The position numbers and the translations under genes were made by a program. Of a stretch of 64,000 nt of DNA, positions 23,647 to 35,370 are shown in pieces (positions within the stretch are counted from its first letter, which is position 1; every line of letters begins with the position of its first letter). This DNA comes from Selaginella moellendorffii (Eukaryota; Plantae; Lycopodiophyta), in the NCBI RefSeq assembly GCF_000143415.4, contig NW_003314279.1, positions 916,091-980,090 on the forward strand, given 5' to 3'. A model generated the notes under the pieces. That model was not told the DNA's origin. It saw only the letters and a program-made list of their open reading frames with translations, and did not search any database.

Positions 23647-24722
23647 CTAGCACGAGGCTCGAATTTCACCATGTCCTCCCGTGAGAGGCGAGAGCCTACC
23701 CATTTTGATCATGCCATTGGCGAAGGCAGTGAAAAATGCCTTCTGATTGTCCGCAAACTCCCTGACAAAGCCCGCCAGATCACTCTGCAACAGCTGCTGG
23801 TCTGAGAAGAGGAGCGACTGATTCGCTTGGACAGCTCGAAAGTACAAGTTGTCGAACGTGGTGGGGGAGGGATCCAAATTGTTCAATCTGTTTAGGGCTG
23901 TTGGAGGGCAAGTCTTCTCGAGTCGGGACTTGAGGGCCGGATCGATGCTATCCCCTGCGGTTCCGTTGAAGAGGCGGGCGCTGAATGTGGAGCACTGGGC
24001 CTGGCCGATGGAATGGCCTCCTGAGAGCGCTACGAGATCACGCTTGGAAAGGCCCCGCTTTTGGAAGCTCTCAATCAGCTGCGTTGCGGTGAGATTTGGG
24101 CTGGGAATGGCGTCCACCGCGGCAGCGACGCTCGCGGAGCTGGGATTGTCCCGTCGGCCAAACTCTACTGTCCATGACGGGCCACCAAGCTGCAAATTTC
24201 GAAAGAGAAGAAAGCATTTGTAACTCAAATCAATGGAGACCTCACTTACGGCTATGACGGATTCCCGGGCGCTCAGAGCAAGAATGTCCGCGCATGATAC
24301 AGTTTCCGGGCATGAAGTCTCCACGGCGCGTTTGATATTGTTGATGATTTTGAGTCCCTTGGTGGAGCGTCCGTCTCCTCGCTCCTTCCCGACCTGGGGG
24401 AGCAGCGATCCGTCACAGCCCTGAGCGACAGCCAAATAAATGACAAACGAGGACTTATTATTAGAGTACTTACTTGAGCAAAGCAATCGCGGAAGTGGAG
24501 CTTGAGGATGGATGCAGAGGATCGGCTGTCATTGGCAACTTCAAAGCGAATCACGCTTCTAGCGATCTGGGGGAAGTCGGGGCAAGTATTAGCGTAGAAA
24601 GAAGTGGAGAGCTCCGAGGGCGTTGTTGGTGATTCCTGGTGAATTGCATAGCGCCGCAGCAGCGTTAACGCGAGGAGTAATGCTGCTGAGGTGAGTGGAG
24701 CTAGATATTTAAATTGCTGCAT
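23647..24722 (-). CDS. Class III peroxidase-like protein copy 1 (3 exons; distal motif KLHFRDC)
   Basis: Signal/anchor peptide, LSTSFYANTCP, GCDGSLL, VSCADILAL, GRRD, LSGGHSIG, FDNLYF, GEIRASC; two GT-AG introns. Confidence 0.9.
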
Positions 24723-25004
24723 TGTGATCTTTCTTTCACGAGGGAGTGAAGGTGTGAAGAGAAGCTTGGCCTCTTGGCCCAGAACAAGAACAAGCTTCTC
24801 TGGATGGCTTTCAAGAAACAGCAAGAAAACTAGAACCCTAAACTAGACATTGGATTGTCGGGATTTAAGGATTCTCCAACGCGTTCAAATCTCCTTCGTC
24901 GAAGATATGCGAAAGGCCACGATCGATTGGCGTGACGCGAAAAACCGGGGTGTGCGGTTTTTCGCGGAGAATTTTCGCGTTATTTTGGGACCCTTTTTAC
25001 TATG

Positions 25005-25050
25005 CGCCACGTGTTTCCAACAATTGGAAACACGTGGCGAAACACGTGTT
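25005..25050. promoter_or_regulatory. 16-bp perfect palindromic stem carrying G-boxes, plus a third G-box
   Basis: cgccacgtgtttccaa-caa-ttggaaacacgtggcg followed by aacacgtgtt. Confidence 0.6.
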
Positions 25051-25399
25051 CTCTTCCGCATATCAAAAAAGCTAGCGGTCAAACCGACCCGTTTTCATTC
25101 ATGGACTCATGCGCTCACAGCCACAAAGCCTCAAAGAAAAAACACACCTTTCTAGTCGTAGCGTCTGCCTAACACCCCGCGCGCTCAGTCTCTGCTCCAC
25201 GCCTCCGAGGAATCAATCTCGCTCCGCCCCCAACCTCGCAAGAACCCTCTCCCAAGATGTCCCGCCACGTCAGCCTGTTCGCCACGTAAGCTGTTCGCCA
25301 AGAAGCGCCGCCCGTTATGTGATAGAACCAAAAAATAGAAAAAGTTAGGGTTAGGGTTCGACAGAGGATTCAGTTAGGGCTTCGCTAACTGGTCATTGA

Positions 25400-25812
25400 T
25401 TCAAACGGGACACCTTAGCCCGCTACGGTGTAGCGGTCACTCCCCCGTTTTCATTGCTAGTGCCAGCACCGAGCTCCAATCCGCCGCGACCCAGAATGGC
25501 AGCCTCGTCGATGACCTTGCTGCCGTGCCGAGCTGCCCCACTCCCGATTTCTCCCGGGGTGTGGGAACTCACGTCACTTTGCTCAACCCGCTAAAGGTGC
25601 TGGTGCCACCCAGCGCTCGCGTTCCACACAGAAGATCTCTCCTCGTTTACGTTCCAGGAATGGATTGCACGGGCCAGGGGATTCGACCGCAGTTGCCATC
25701 TCTCGTCGCTGCCGGGTACGTGTAGCCTTTGTGTTTAGAATCACGACTAGACTAAAGTTTCGCCATTGCAGCCACGACATAAGATGTGTATACATCCCGA
25801 GCAGCAACAGAG
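25400..25812 (+). pseudogene. Esterase/lipase/thioesterase (PES/ELT acyltransferase-like) 5' fragment
   Basis: LLVYVPGMDCTGQGIRPQLPSLVAAG|HDIRCVYIPSSNR resembles the ELT-family LLYLPGIDGTG...FDIWCLHIP block; truncated at the peroxidase repeat arm. Confidence 0.6.
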
Positions 25813-25999
25813 TTTGAGGGAAGTGTGAAGAGAAGCTTACTCTAAAGAAAGAGAACACGGGAACACGGGAACTCTACTACATATGTGTTCTATTTTCTTG
25901 CTGTTTCTTGAAAGCCATCCAGAGAAGCTTGTTCTTGTTCTGGGCCAAGAGGCCAAGCTTCTCTTCACACCTTCACTCCCTCGTGAAAGAAAGATCACA

Positions 26000-27075
26000 A
26001 TGCAGCAATTTAAATATCTAGCTCCACTCACCTCAGCAGCATTACTCCTCGCGTTAACGCTGCTGCGGCGCTATGCAATTCACCAGGAATCACCAACAAC
26101 GCCCTCGGAGCTCTCCACTTCTTTCTACGCTAATACTTGTCCCAACTTCCCCCAGATCGCTAGAAGCGTGATTCGCTTTGAAGTTGCCAATGACAGCCGA
26201 TCCTCTGCATCCATCCTCAAGCTCCACTTCCGCGATTGCTTTGCTCAAGTAAGTACTCTAATAATAAGTCCTCGTTTGTCATTTATTTGGCTGTCGCTCA
26301 GGGCTGTGACGGATCGCTGCTCCCCCAGGTCGGGAAGGAGCGAGGAGACGGACGCTCCACCAAGGGACTCAAAATCATCAACAATATCAAACGCGCCGTG
26401 GAGACCTCATGCCCGGAAACTGTATCATGCGCGGACATTCTTGCTCTGAGCGCCCGGGAATCCGTCATAGCCGTAAGTGAGGTCTCCATTGATTTGAGTT
26501 ACAAATGCTTTCTTCTCTTTCGAAATTTGCAGCTTGGTGGCCCGTCATGGACAGTAGAGTTTGGCCGACGGGACAATCCCAGCTCCGCGAGCGTCGCTGC
26601 CGCGGTGGACGCCATTCCCAGCCCAAATCTCACCGCAACGCAGCTGATTGAGAGCTTCCAAAAGCGGGGCCTTTCCAAGCGTGATCTCGTAGCGCTCTCA
26701 GGAGGCCATTCCATCGGCCAGGCCCAGTGCTCCACATTTAGCGCCCGCCTCTTCAACGGAACCGCAGGGGATAGCATCGATCCGGCCCTCAAGTCCCGAC
26801 TCGAGAAGACTTGCCCTCCAACAGCCCTAAACAGATTGAACAATTTGGATCCCTCCCCCACCACGTTCGACAACTTATACTTTCGAGCCGTCCAAGCGAA
26901 TCAGTCACTCCTCTTCTCAGACCAGCAGCTCTTGCAGAGTGATCTGGCGGGCTTTGTCAAGGAGTTTGCGAACAACCAGAAGGCATTTTTTACCGCCTTC
27001 GCCAATGCCATGATCAAAATTGGTAAGCTCTCGCCTCTCACGGGAGGACATGGTGAAATTCGAGCGTCGTGCTAG
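26000..27075 (+). CDS. Class III peroxidase-like protein copy 2 (exons 26000-26248, 26302-26472, 26533-27075)
   Basis: Mirror image of 23647-24722 (coordinates sum to 50722 at start and stop); same motifs. Confidence 0.9.
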
Positions 27076-27478
27076 TTCCTATACGTCTATCCTTTTTCAC
27101 TATACTCCATTACAACAAAGAAAAAGAAACTTCACCTCAGTTCCATCCGCAATCTATGCTTCAAAACAGTGTGTCCTAGAAGATCTCCTGTAACAAACAC
27201 ACAAAACGAATCACAAAAAGAAAAAACATCCTAAGAGCTTTGAGTACTGACCTGTGTTCCGAGCAAAATGGCTCCTCGATCACAACTTTACTGCCCTTCA
27301 TGGCAAAATCCAGAGAGTAATCCGCATCAACGTTCTCGGGATCCACTGCCTTCCACTGCACCCCCGGATATCCTTTTGCAAGAAAGCGGTGGACTTGCGA
27401 GAGCTTCTCTCCTTTTCCCAGGCACCCGCAGCCCGCTTCAAGCTCCAAATCCTTCCCTTCCCTCTTCAAGGCCAGCAC

Positions 27479-27566
27479 TGAGACAAATCGGGATCAAAGC
27501 GCACCGCACTAGCGGACAGAACAGGAAAACCCTAATGGACGCGTGGCGAGGGTGTGTCGTGTAACA
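27479..27566 (-). repeat. Copia 3' LTR (88 bp)
   Basis: 86/88 identical to 31700-31787. Confidence 0.97.
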
Positions 27567-30500
27567 CTCCCCCCCAAACCGAAGCCACTCACCAAACCAA
27601 ATCTGTCACGTAGGAGCTGAAACTGGTGTGGCCCCAACGGCTTAGTGAGAAGATCAGCTGGCATATCCTGTGTCCCGAGATGTTGGACGGCGAGGGTGCC
27701 ACTGTCAACCAACTCACGTATGTAGTGAAATTGGACTTCAATGTGCTTCGAGCGGGCATGGTGGACGGGGTTCTTGGACATGGCAATGCTGCTTCGGTTG
27801 TCACACCAAGAAGTAGTGGGGCCAGCTTGTACGCATCCCAGCTCAGCAAGTAACCCTCGAGCCCAAACCACGTCCCTACTACCAGTAGTGAGTGCGATGT
27901 ACTCTGCTTCTGCACTAGAAAGGGCCACCACAGATTGTCGCTTGGAGGCCCACGTGATGGCACCTCCTGAGAAGGAAAGGCAAATGCCAGAAGTCGAGCG
28001 ATGACCTTTGTTGTTGGCAAAACTAGCATCCGTGTAGCATGCTAATGATGCATGACCCCCTGAATAAGCAATGCCATAGTCCATAGTGCCCCGGAGGTAT
28101 CTCACGATATGCTTGGCGGCTTGCCAATGTATGGTGGTTGGTGATGTGTTGTACTGACTCAAGGCAATAGTCGCATATGTGATGTCAGGGCGAGTCATCA
28201 GGGCCAAATATGTGAGGCAACCAATGAGATGCCGATAGGGAGTCCCAGTGGGTAGAGGCTCACCAGACTGCTCAAGTGTGAGGTCGATAGCACCAACGAC
28301 CATCGGGGTCTTGACAGGGTGGCAATCACGCATACCAAACCGATCCAGCAAGACTTCGACTTTACGTCGTTGGCTAAGCATGTAGCCACCAGAATCAGGA
28401 TCACGTGCGACTTCAAAGCCAAGAAAGTAGGAGACTTGGCCAAGGTCCTTCATCTGGAATTGCTGGCTGAGAGCATCTTTCAGAGCATCAATGGCATCGT
28501 TGTCATCACCCATGATGAGCAAATCATCAACGTAGAGGGCCACAATAACCATGCACTCAGCATGACCATTGACATACACATTGTGATCAGCATGACAGCG
28601 ACGAAAGCCTTGAGCACGTAGGGTGGCATCAAATTTTTGATACCAAATACGGGAGCTCTGTTTTAAGCCATACAAAGCTTTTCACAATTGCCATATAGGG
28701 CCACCAGGGGTAACATCATCCTCAAAACCAGGAGGTATATGCATATAGATGTCCTCTTGCAAATCCCCATTCAGAAATGCAGTTTTGACGTCCATATGGT
28801 GGACTTGCCATTTGCGAGCAGCCGCAAGGGCAAAAAGAGTACGGAGGCTGGCCATTTTTACAACCGGTGAGAATGTTTCATCGTAGTCAAGGCCATGGAC
28901 TTGGCGAAAACTGCGAACAACCAACCGTGCCTTATAACGTACAACCTGGCCATCTTTCCCATACTTTTTGGAAAAAATCCATTTTGGATCCAAAACACGT
29001 CGTCCCGGTGGCGCTGAATCAACTGGAACATAAGTTCCGTTAACCCGAATGGAAGAAACTTCTTCCGCAATAGCTTCCATCCAAGATGAAGCCTCAGGTC
29101 CTGAGATGGCCTCATCATAAGTCATGGGAATGCCGACGTCAACAAGGCCACAAAAGTCATCAAGCTCTGCAGCATCTGCTTCAGCATTTTCCCGGACTTT
29201 TAACGAGGGCCGACGTTCCCGGGGGTGATCAAGAACTGGCATCGGATCAGGCATGCCACGACGTCGACAAGGTGGTGGAGGTGTCGGAGGCCTGTCCTCG
29301 ACTGGAGGAGCATCAGCTGGTTCAAGCATGTCCAGAAGTGGAGGATTCCCCAATGGAATCTCTGGTGGCAACTCATGAATAGGATCTTGAGGTGGAGGCA
29401 AGGGTGGACCATCTCCCATAAGTGGGATCAAAGGAACAAGTCGAGTCTCAGCAATAAAGGAAGGATCTTGAAGAGCCTCTGTAGGCATGGGAAAGTCATC
29501 TTCATTGAACATGACATCAGTGCTTACAATAGCCTTATGAAATGCAAGATCCCACAACTTGTAAGCTTTCCTCCCGATAGTGTCGTCCTGTGCATATCCC
29601 ACGAAGATGAATTTTTTACTCTTGGGATCTAGCTTTTTCCGAAGTTGATCAGGGGTATGTGCGTATGCTGCACAACCGAAGACCCGAAAGTGGGACACAT
29701 CAGGAGTAGAACCTGTCCAAAATGCCTCAGGGGTTTTTCCATCCAAAGCAGCCGTGGCAAGGCGATTTTGTACATGCATTGCTATGGCTATGGCCTCTTG
29801 CCAAAACATCTTGTTAAGATGTGCATCAGCTAACAAAGCACGAGTAGCATTGACAAGAGCACGATTCTTCCTTTCTGCAACACCATTTTGCTGGGGGGTG
29901 TAGCGGGCTGTAGCTTGCAAGCGTATGCCTACATCACGACAAATGCCCCGAAGCTCATTGTTGAGGTATTCACCACCACCATCAACTCAAAGAGCTTTTA
30001 TCTTTCGACCAAGGAGGTTTTCAACGTACGCCTTGTACGTTTGAAAGGCAGCAACTGCATCACTCTTACGCATCAAGAAGTGGATGCATGTTCGACGGCT
30101 ATAGTCATCAATGAATGTGATGAAATATCTTGCGCCATCGTGACTTGGCACGTCCATAGGGCCGCAAAGATCAGAATGGACTAAGTCCAGAAGTCCAAGT
30201 GCTCGATGCTTACTTGGTGAGAAATTCCGGCGGTGATGCTTGCCTAAAACACAAGCTTCACAGAATGTAGATGGGATACGTCGGAAATCCAAGCCAGTAA
30301 CAATATCTTGGGACTTCATCCGTTGAAGAGATTGATAATGAACATGACCGAGTCTTTTATGCCAAAGCTCCGCACGAGAATCTGCCTCCACAGTCTGAAA
30401 GGCCTGAACTGGGTCGACAGCAGTAATCTCATACAAGTCCCCAATGCGTGACCCACGAAGCAACTGTGTACCAAGCATATGAAAGTCACTAGAGTCAACT

Positions 30501-31675
30501 AAAGAGACTCCCTTTGCATCAAAGACTACCACCGCATTTTGATCACATATCTTGGCGACGGATATTAAGTTTCGTCGCAAGGTGGAAACATGCATGGCAC
30601 CATCAAAGGCCATGGTCCTTCCATGATCGAGTGAGAGCCGGAATTGCCCAATGCCGTCCACAGGGATGGTGGTATTGTCACCTAAATGAACACCACGTTT
30701 TCCAATGCTCGGCTGATAACACTCAAAAAGACTCTGCTTATGACTCATAAGATTAGTACAACCAGAGTCTAAGAGCCACCGGCTTGGTGCGGCAAGTGCC
30801 TCTGCGTTGTAGAGCTCCCCAACAGCCTCATTTGCAGTAGCAATTCCATCACGCTCAAGCAAATTGGCTTTCGCCAACGTAGCTAGTCGCTTGACAGGCT
30901 TGGGAGCAAGGCAATCTCGAGCCCAGTGGCCCATCTCCAAGCAGCGAGCACACTGATTCTTCGCAAGTCTAGGCTTGGCACGCCCAGATGCCACGGAATT
31001 TTGCCCTTTCTGGGCATTTGCAGCTGCATGCGGTTTTGCCACCTGGGCATCACCAGAAGCCTGCGAAGCATACATAGCCTGTGGCATTTCAGCTCTCTCA
31101 CTTCGCATGGCCTCAATGTTGCGAAGACTCCTCACGGCATCTGCCCAAGTCATCCCTGGTTGGAGAAGCAGGCTCTCAACTGCATTCTTCCAGCTCGCTG
31201 GCAAGGACCTGTAGAGCCGCAGCCTCTACTGCTCATCCGTGAGACAGTGCTTCGCCCCAACAGCCGCAAGTTGTGTGAAGAAGCCCTGGAGCTTGGCAGT
31301 GTGAGGCTGGATACTGCCATTTTCCTCTAGCCTCAAGGAATCCATTTGTGAATGGATGTTGAAGACATCCATTTCACTCTTGGTGCCATAAGTGTCACTC
31401 AGCCACTTCCAAAGCTCTGCCGTAGTGGACTTTGGAATCGATGGGGCAGCAAAGAGGACATTTGAAGACAAGCACATCACAATACTCCCTCTAGCCTTGG
31501 AATCCCGAAGGTTCCAATCACGCACCTCAGCAGCGCTAGAGCCTGGAGCCGGCGATGACTCTGTCCCATCTACAATCCCCAACAAACCATGAAACAAGAG
31601 ATAGGATTCAAGATGGATCTTGAATCCCTCAAACCCTTCTCCATCAAACTCGCGGATGGATGGCTTTCCTTCCAT
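27509..31675 (-). pseudogene. Copia gag-pol polyprotein, single frame with three premature stops
   Basis: Zn knuckle CARCLEMGHWARDC, protease WLLDSG, integrase LWHKRLGH...TPQQNGVAER, RT HMDVKTAFLNG and YVDDLL, RNase H TDAS...SSAEAEY. Stops at 31226, 29987 and 28682, all in the same frame. Confidence 0.95.
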
Positions 31676-31699
31676 AGCGCTATCCCAGCTCCGATACCA

Positions 31700-31787
31700 T
31701 GAGACAAATCGGGATCAAAGCGCACCGCGCTAGCGGACAGAACAGGAAAACCCTAATGGACGCGTGGAGAGGGTGTGTCGTGTAACA
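31700..31787 (-). repeat. Copia 5' LTR (88 bp)
   Basis: Directly abuts the PBS; 86/88 identical to 27479-27566. Confidence 0.97.
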
Positions 31788-33359
31788 AGCACAACCTGGT
31801 ATAGCATGCTTGTGCTATGTCAAACGCGTGTACCTCCTTGCAAACGAATGGACGCTGGAGTTGGCCGAGAATAGCATAAGACCACGCGATGCTCGAGAGC
31901 TGCTCGATCGATTCTTGGAACTGTTCTTCACCGAGCTCTGGAGAACCTTGTTTTGCTGAAGAGCCGCGTCCAATGACTCCAGGAAAGAATCCAGAGGTTG
32001 AGCCATGCCTAAAGAAGCTGGGCCAGTGCCTGTGCTTGAAACTCCTCTACTCGCAGCGTCCAAGAGCTTCTCAAAGAGTGCGGGCGAGCTATGCTGCATG
32101 GAAGCAAAAGTTCCGGCTACGTTGGCAATGTTCTGGGGATTGAACTCGTCAACCTTCGCCACTGCTGCTCGAGCGATTATCTCCATCTCTCCGTGGTAAA
32201 GAAGGTGGCCTCCAATCTTGGAGATGGCCCAGGCAATGTTGGAGACGCCCTGTGCGTTGCATTCCGGAAGAAGCTCCATAGCCGAAGCAACGAGCTCGGC
32301 GACGTCACACTGCATGGCGTACTTGAGCCTTCTCGCCTCGGACATGGACAGCGTCACGATCTTGTGAAGAGCAGTGGCGACGTTGATGGAGCTCAATCGA
32401 AACCTTCCTTTCACTCTCTCGATCGTCTCCAAAACTCCTTCCACGTCCCTCGAGTCGACCAAGTCCTGGTTGAGACGAATTTCCAGCAGCCTTGGATCTT
32501 TCAAGGCCGCTCGCCATCATCTGACTCTTCACCACCTCCTTCCTCTCGACGCTCCCCATAAACCACTGTCAACTCGGTCGTGAGCTCATCTTCGCCCTCG
32601 TCACCTTCGCTGCTCGCATCATCGTCCTTGTCTTTCTTCTTTTTGGTCTTAATCGCGCTGCGCGATTCCTCCACCTGCAATGCAGCCTCGGCACCTTCCT
32701 GCTTGGCCCTGGTCTTCTTCTTCTTCTTGGCCTTCTTGGAGATTCGCAAATGCGGGGGCAGTAGGGCCTGGAAATCCTCGTCGGTGAAGTTCCGGAAGCT
32801 CATATCCTGAATCGCAAGCTCCCGAGCTCTAGTCGCCCAATCCAGCTCGCCCGCCTTGCGCCGCTGCCTCTGATCTTCCTCCTCCTCCTCCTCCGAATCA
32901 TCGTCGTCAAAGAAATCCGGCTTCACTGGCGCCGGACGCGATGGCGCCGCGGCATTCGCACCCAACCAGGGAAATCGCCTCACCTGCGATCGCTGCCCCT
33001 GCCGCCAGTGCAGCGAAGAAAGCGCGCTACGTACAGCGCCGAGGAATGTAGGAGCTCCATGGCGAGCACTTAGGGCTGGGTAACACACGAAAAGATTTTC
33101 TCGCTAATCAATCAGAAAGAATGGGCGATTTTTTAGTTGAGCGCTACATCACCGCGATCATTCGATGATCTTTTCCATCTTTTCTTGGTTTTTTTTGTTG
33201 TTCATCACCTTTTCGTGAGTCGTCCTAGAATAAAGAATAGGATCTCATCCGCCATACTTTCACGTACCTCGGACTTGATCTTTTCGTTTCAAGCACTCGT
33301 TTCATTAAAGTGCCACTTTATAATTCTTCCGAGCAGCGCGGCTTCGAAAACTCCAGCTA

Positions 33360-33745
33360 TGGTGGTGGAAGTAAGGCGGCACGCAATGGAGCTGTTTTGC
33401 CTGCTGCGCAAGGAATCCAGCCAGGAAGCGTCCGTGGCGATGCGAGAGGAGCCCGGGATCATAGCCGAGCTCGTGAAGAACCTGTCCGAGGCGGAGAGAA
33501 CGTCCATGCTGGGGATCATCGCGAAGGGGGATGGAGTCGTGAGGAGCGCTCTGGATCATCACCACCAAGATGGAGACAAGGGGCTACTTCACGTAGTGGC
33601 GGCGCTGGTGGTGGACGCCTCCCAGGACGCTGCGACGATCGAGGCGGCGGTGGGCATCGTTCTAAAGTTCGCGAAGCTTGGGGTGGAGACGCAGAAGATG
33701 ATCGAGCGGCTGGTGCAGCTGCTGGAGCCCGGGAGGTCTCTAGCC
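33360..33745 (+). pseudogene. ARM-repeat fragment (SAUL1/PUB43-44-like U-box protein C-terminal part)
   Basis: TIEAAVGIVLKFAKLGVETQKMIERLVQLLEPG resembles ARM repeats of SAUL1-type ligases; isolated fragment with abrupt junctions. Confidence 0.5.
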
Positions 33746-34050
33746 TCAGAGTAATCTGACACGGTCCCTGAGTCGCAATCCCAGGCCCTGAGAGTTCCAT
33801 CGGTAGTACCAGTGAAGAGCCCTGCCGAGTCTGGAACCATAGCTATTCCCGTGATGCTCTCCTCGTGCTCTTTGAGCGTGGTGACGAGCGCCAACGGTGG
33901 AACTCTCAGGTGACGGTGGTAACAGCGTGGAGGACCTTGCACATCTCCCCATATCTACACGACCCTTCCAGCCAATCCGCACAAGCCCTTTGCGTGTGAG
34001 GGCTTCTTTGACCCCAATATCAGTGCCTCTGTAGGCGGCGGAAGAGCTGC
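33745..34050 (-). pseudogene. CCCH zinc finger-WD40 (ZFWD-like) fragment 1
   Basis: CADWLEGSCRYGEMCKVLH followed by TTLKEHEESITGIA...LFTGTTDGTLRAWDCDSG. Confidence 0.8.
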
Positions 34051-34057
34051 TGGGTAA

Positions 34058-34920
34058 ATAGCACAGCTCGCCCGCAGTCTTTGAGAAGCTCATGGCGTTC
34101 CCAGGGAGTTTCGAGCACAGGAACTGGACCAGCTTCTTTGGTCGTTCGGGTGCATGGCTCAACCTCTGGATTCTTTCCTGGTTCTCCAGAGCTCGGTGAA
34201 GAACACTTCCAAGAAGAACCTTTCCCCGGGAAGCTATCGATCGAGCAGCTCTGGAGCATCGCGTGGTCTTATGCTGTTCTCGGCTAACTCCAGGGTCCAT
34301 TCTTCGCTCACGTTTGCAAGGAGATACGCGCGTTTGAGCCCCTGGGACAGCACAAGCATATGTTGCAGCTGACACAGCTATACCGGCCTTGAAGTGGGAA
34401 GGGAAGCATTTGCAGCTTGGCAGGATAGAGAAGCTGGGAAAAGGAGAGAAGCTCTCGCAAGTCCACTTCTTTCTTGCAAAAGGATACCGAGAGGTTCTTG
34501 GTGTGCACTGGAAGGCAGTGGATCCCCGAGTACGTTGATGCGGATTACTCTCTGGATTTTGCCATGAAGGGCGGTAAAGTTGCGATCGAGGTCAACCAGC
34601 CATTTTGCTCGGAACACAGGTCAGTACTCAAAGCTCTTAGGATGTTTTTTCTTTTTGTGATTCGTTTTGTGTGTTTGTTATAGGAGATCTTCTGGGACAC
34701 ACTGTTTTGAAGCATAGGTTGCTAGAGGCTGCTGGATGGAAGATTATCTCTGCTTCCTATGCTGAGGTGAAATTTTTTTTCTTTGTTGTAGTGGAGAAAA
34801 ATGTGTGTTTTGATGCAGTGGGAGAACTTACAAGGAGAGTCGGAGCACGTTGACTTCATACAAAAGCTTGTGACTCCTCACATCTTTCAATTAGAGCAAG
34901 CGAGTGAGCAAGCAGTGTGA
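34058..34920 (+). pseudogene. RAP-domain gene copy C (3' half)
   Basis: Matches 40520-41471 including both introns, with deletions. Confidence 0.9.
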
Positions 34921-35039
34921 CCACTTTCACCTACCAGTTTCGGGGTTACATATTTTGGATTGCAACCAGAAGTAACTCGTGATTGAAAGCTCGGAATTCC
35001 ATCGGGAATTACTGGGAGACCAGGTTTAGTTGCCTTTGG

Positions 35040-35370
35040 GAAACTTCGTTGTGGAGCACAAACTTGATGCCCTCCACGTCCGTGACCCGTGAGCAAGCTT
35101 GTCTTGAACACCGTCCCATACCTTTGATCATACCCAGCAACAAGATCATTGTATAGATACTTCTTTTCCCTCTCCTTTGGGAAGACCTAAGGAGCCTCGG
35201 AGCAAGCAATCGTCACGTAAGGAATGAGCTCCCCAATGAGAGGCCATCCAATGCTTCCTGGGGGGAGCCTCTCCAGCTTCCGAAACCTCCATGATCGCCA
35301 GTAACGAGCCAGAGAGCTCTGGCGATCCCTGCTACCTAAATTCTGAAATCCACCATAGCACTTTGCGGCT
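35040..35370 (-). pseudogene. Cytochrome P450 (CYP85 clan) 5' fragment 2
   Basis: RLPPGSIGWPLIGELIPY and DVEGIKFVLHNE. Confidence 0.8.

Larger units (their letters stand above)
27479..31787 (-). mobile_element. Full-length Ty1/Copia LTR retrotransposon (4309 bp)
   Basis: TG...CA LTRs at 27479-27566 and 31700-31787; TSD AGCAC (27474-27478 / 31788-31792); PBS TGGTATCGGAGC 31688-31699; PPT GGGGGGGAG 27567-27575; order gag-PR-INT-RT-RH. Confidence 0.98.
27115..33060 (-). pseudogene. RAP-domain gene copy B, deleted/frameshifted and split by a Copia insertion
   Basis: Segments 31793-33060 and 27115-27478 are reverse-complement matches to the intact RAP gene and join across the AGCAC target-site duplication. 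Confidence 0.92.

Noticed and set aside
25345-25356. TTAGGGTTAGGG almost exactly at the peroxidase palindrome axis (telomere-healing scar?)
   Set aside because: Only two hexamers, not plant TTTAGGG arrays; telo-boxes are common near plant transcription starts.
31226-31228. In-frame TAG in gag as programmed readthrough
   Set aside because: It lies mid-gag before the zinc knuckle, lacks a CARYYA context, and two further nonsense stops follow.
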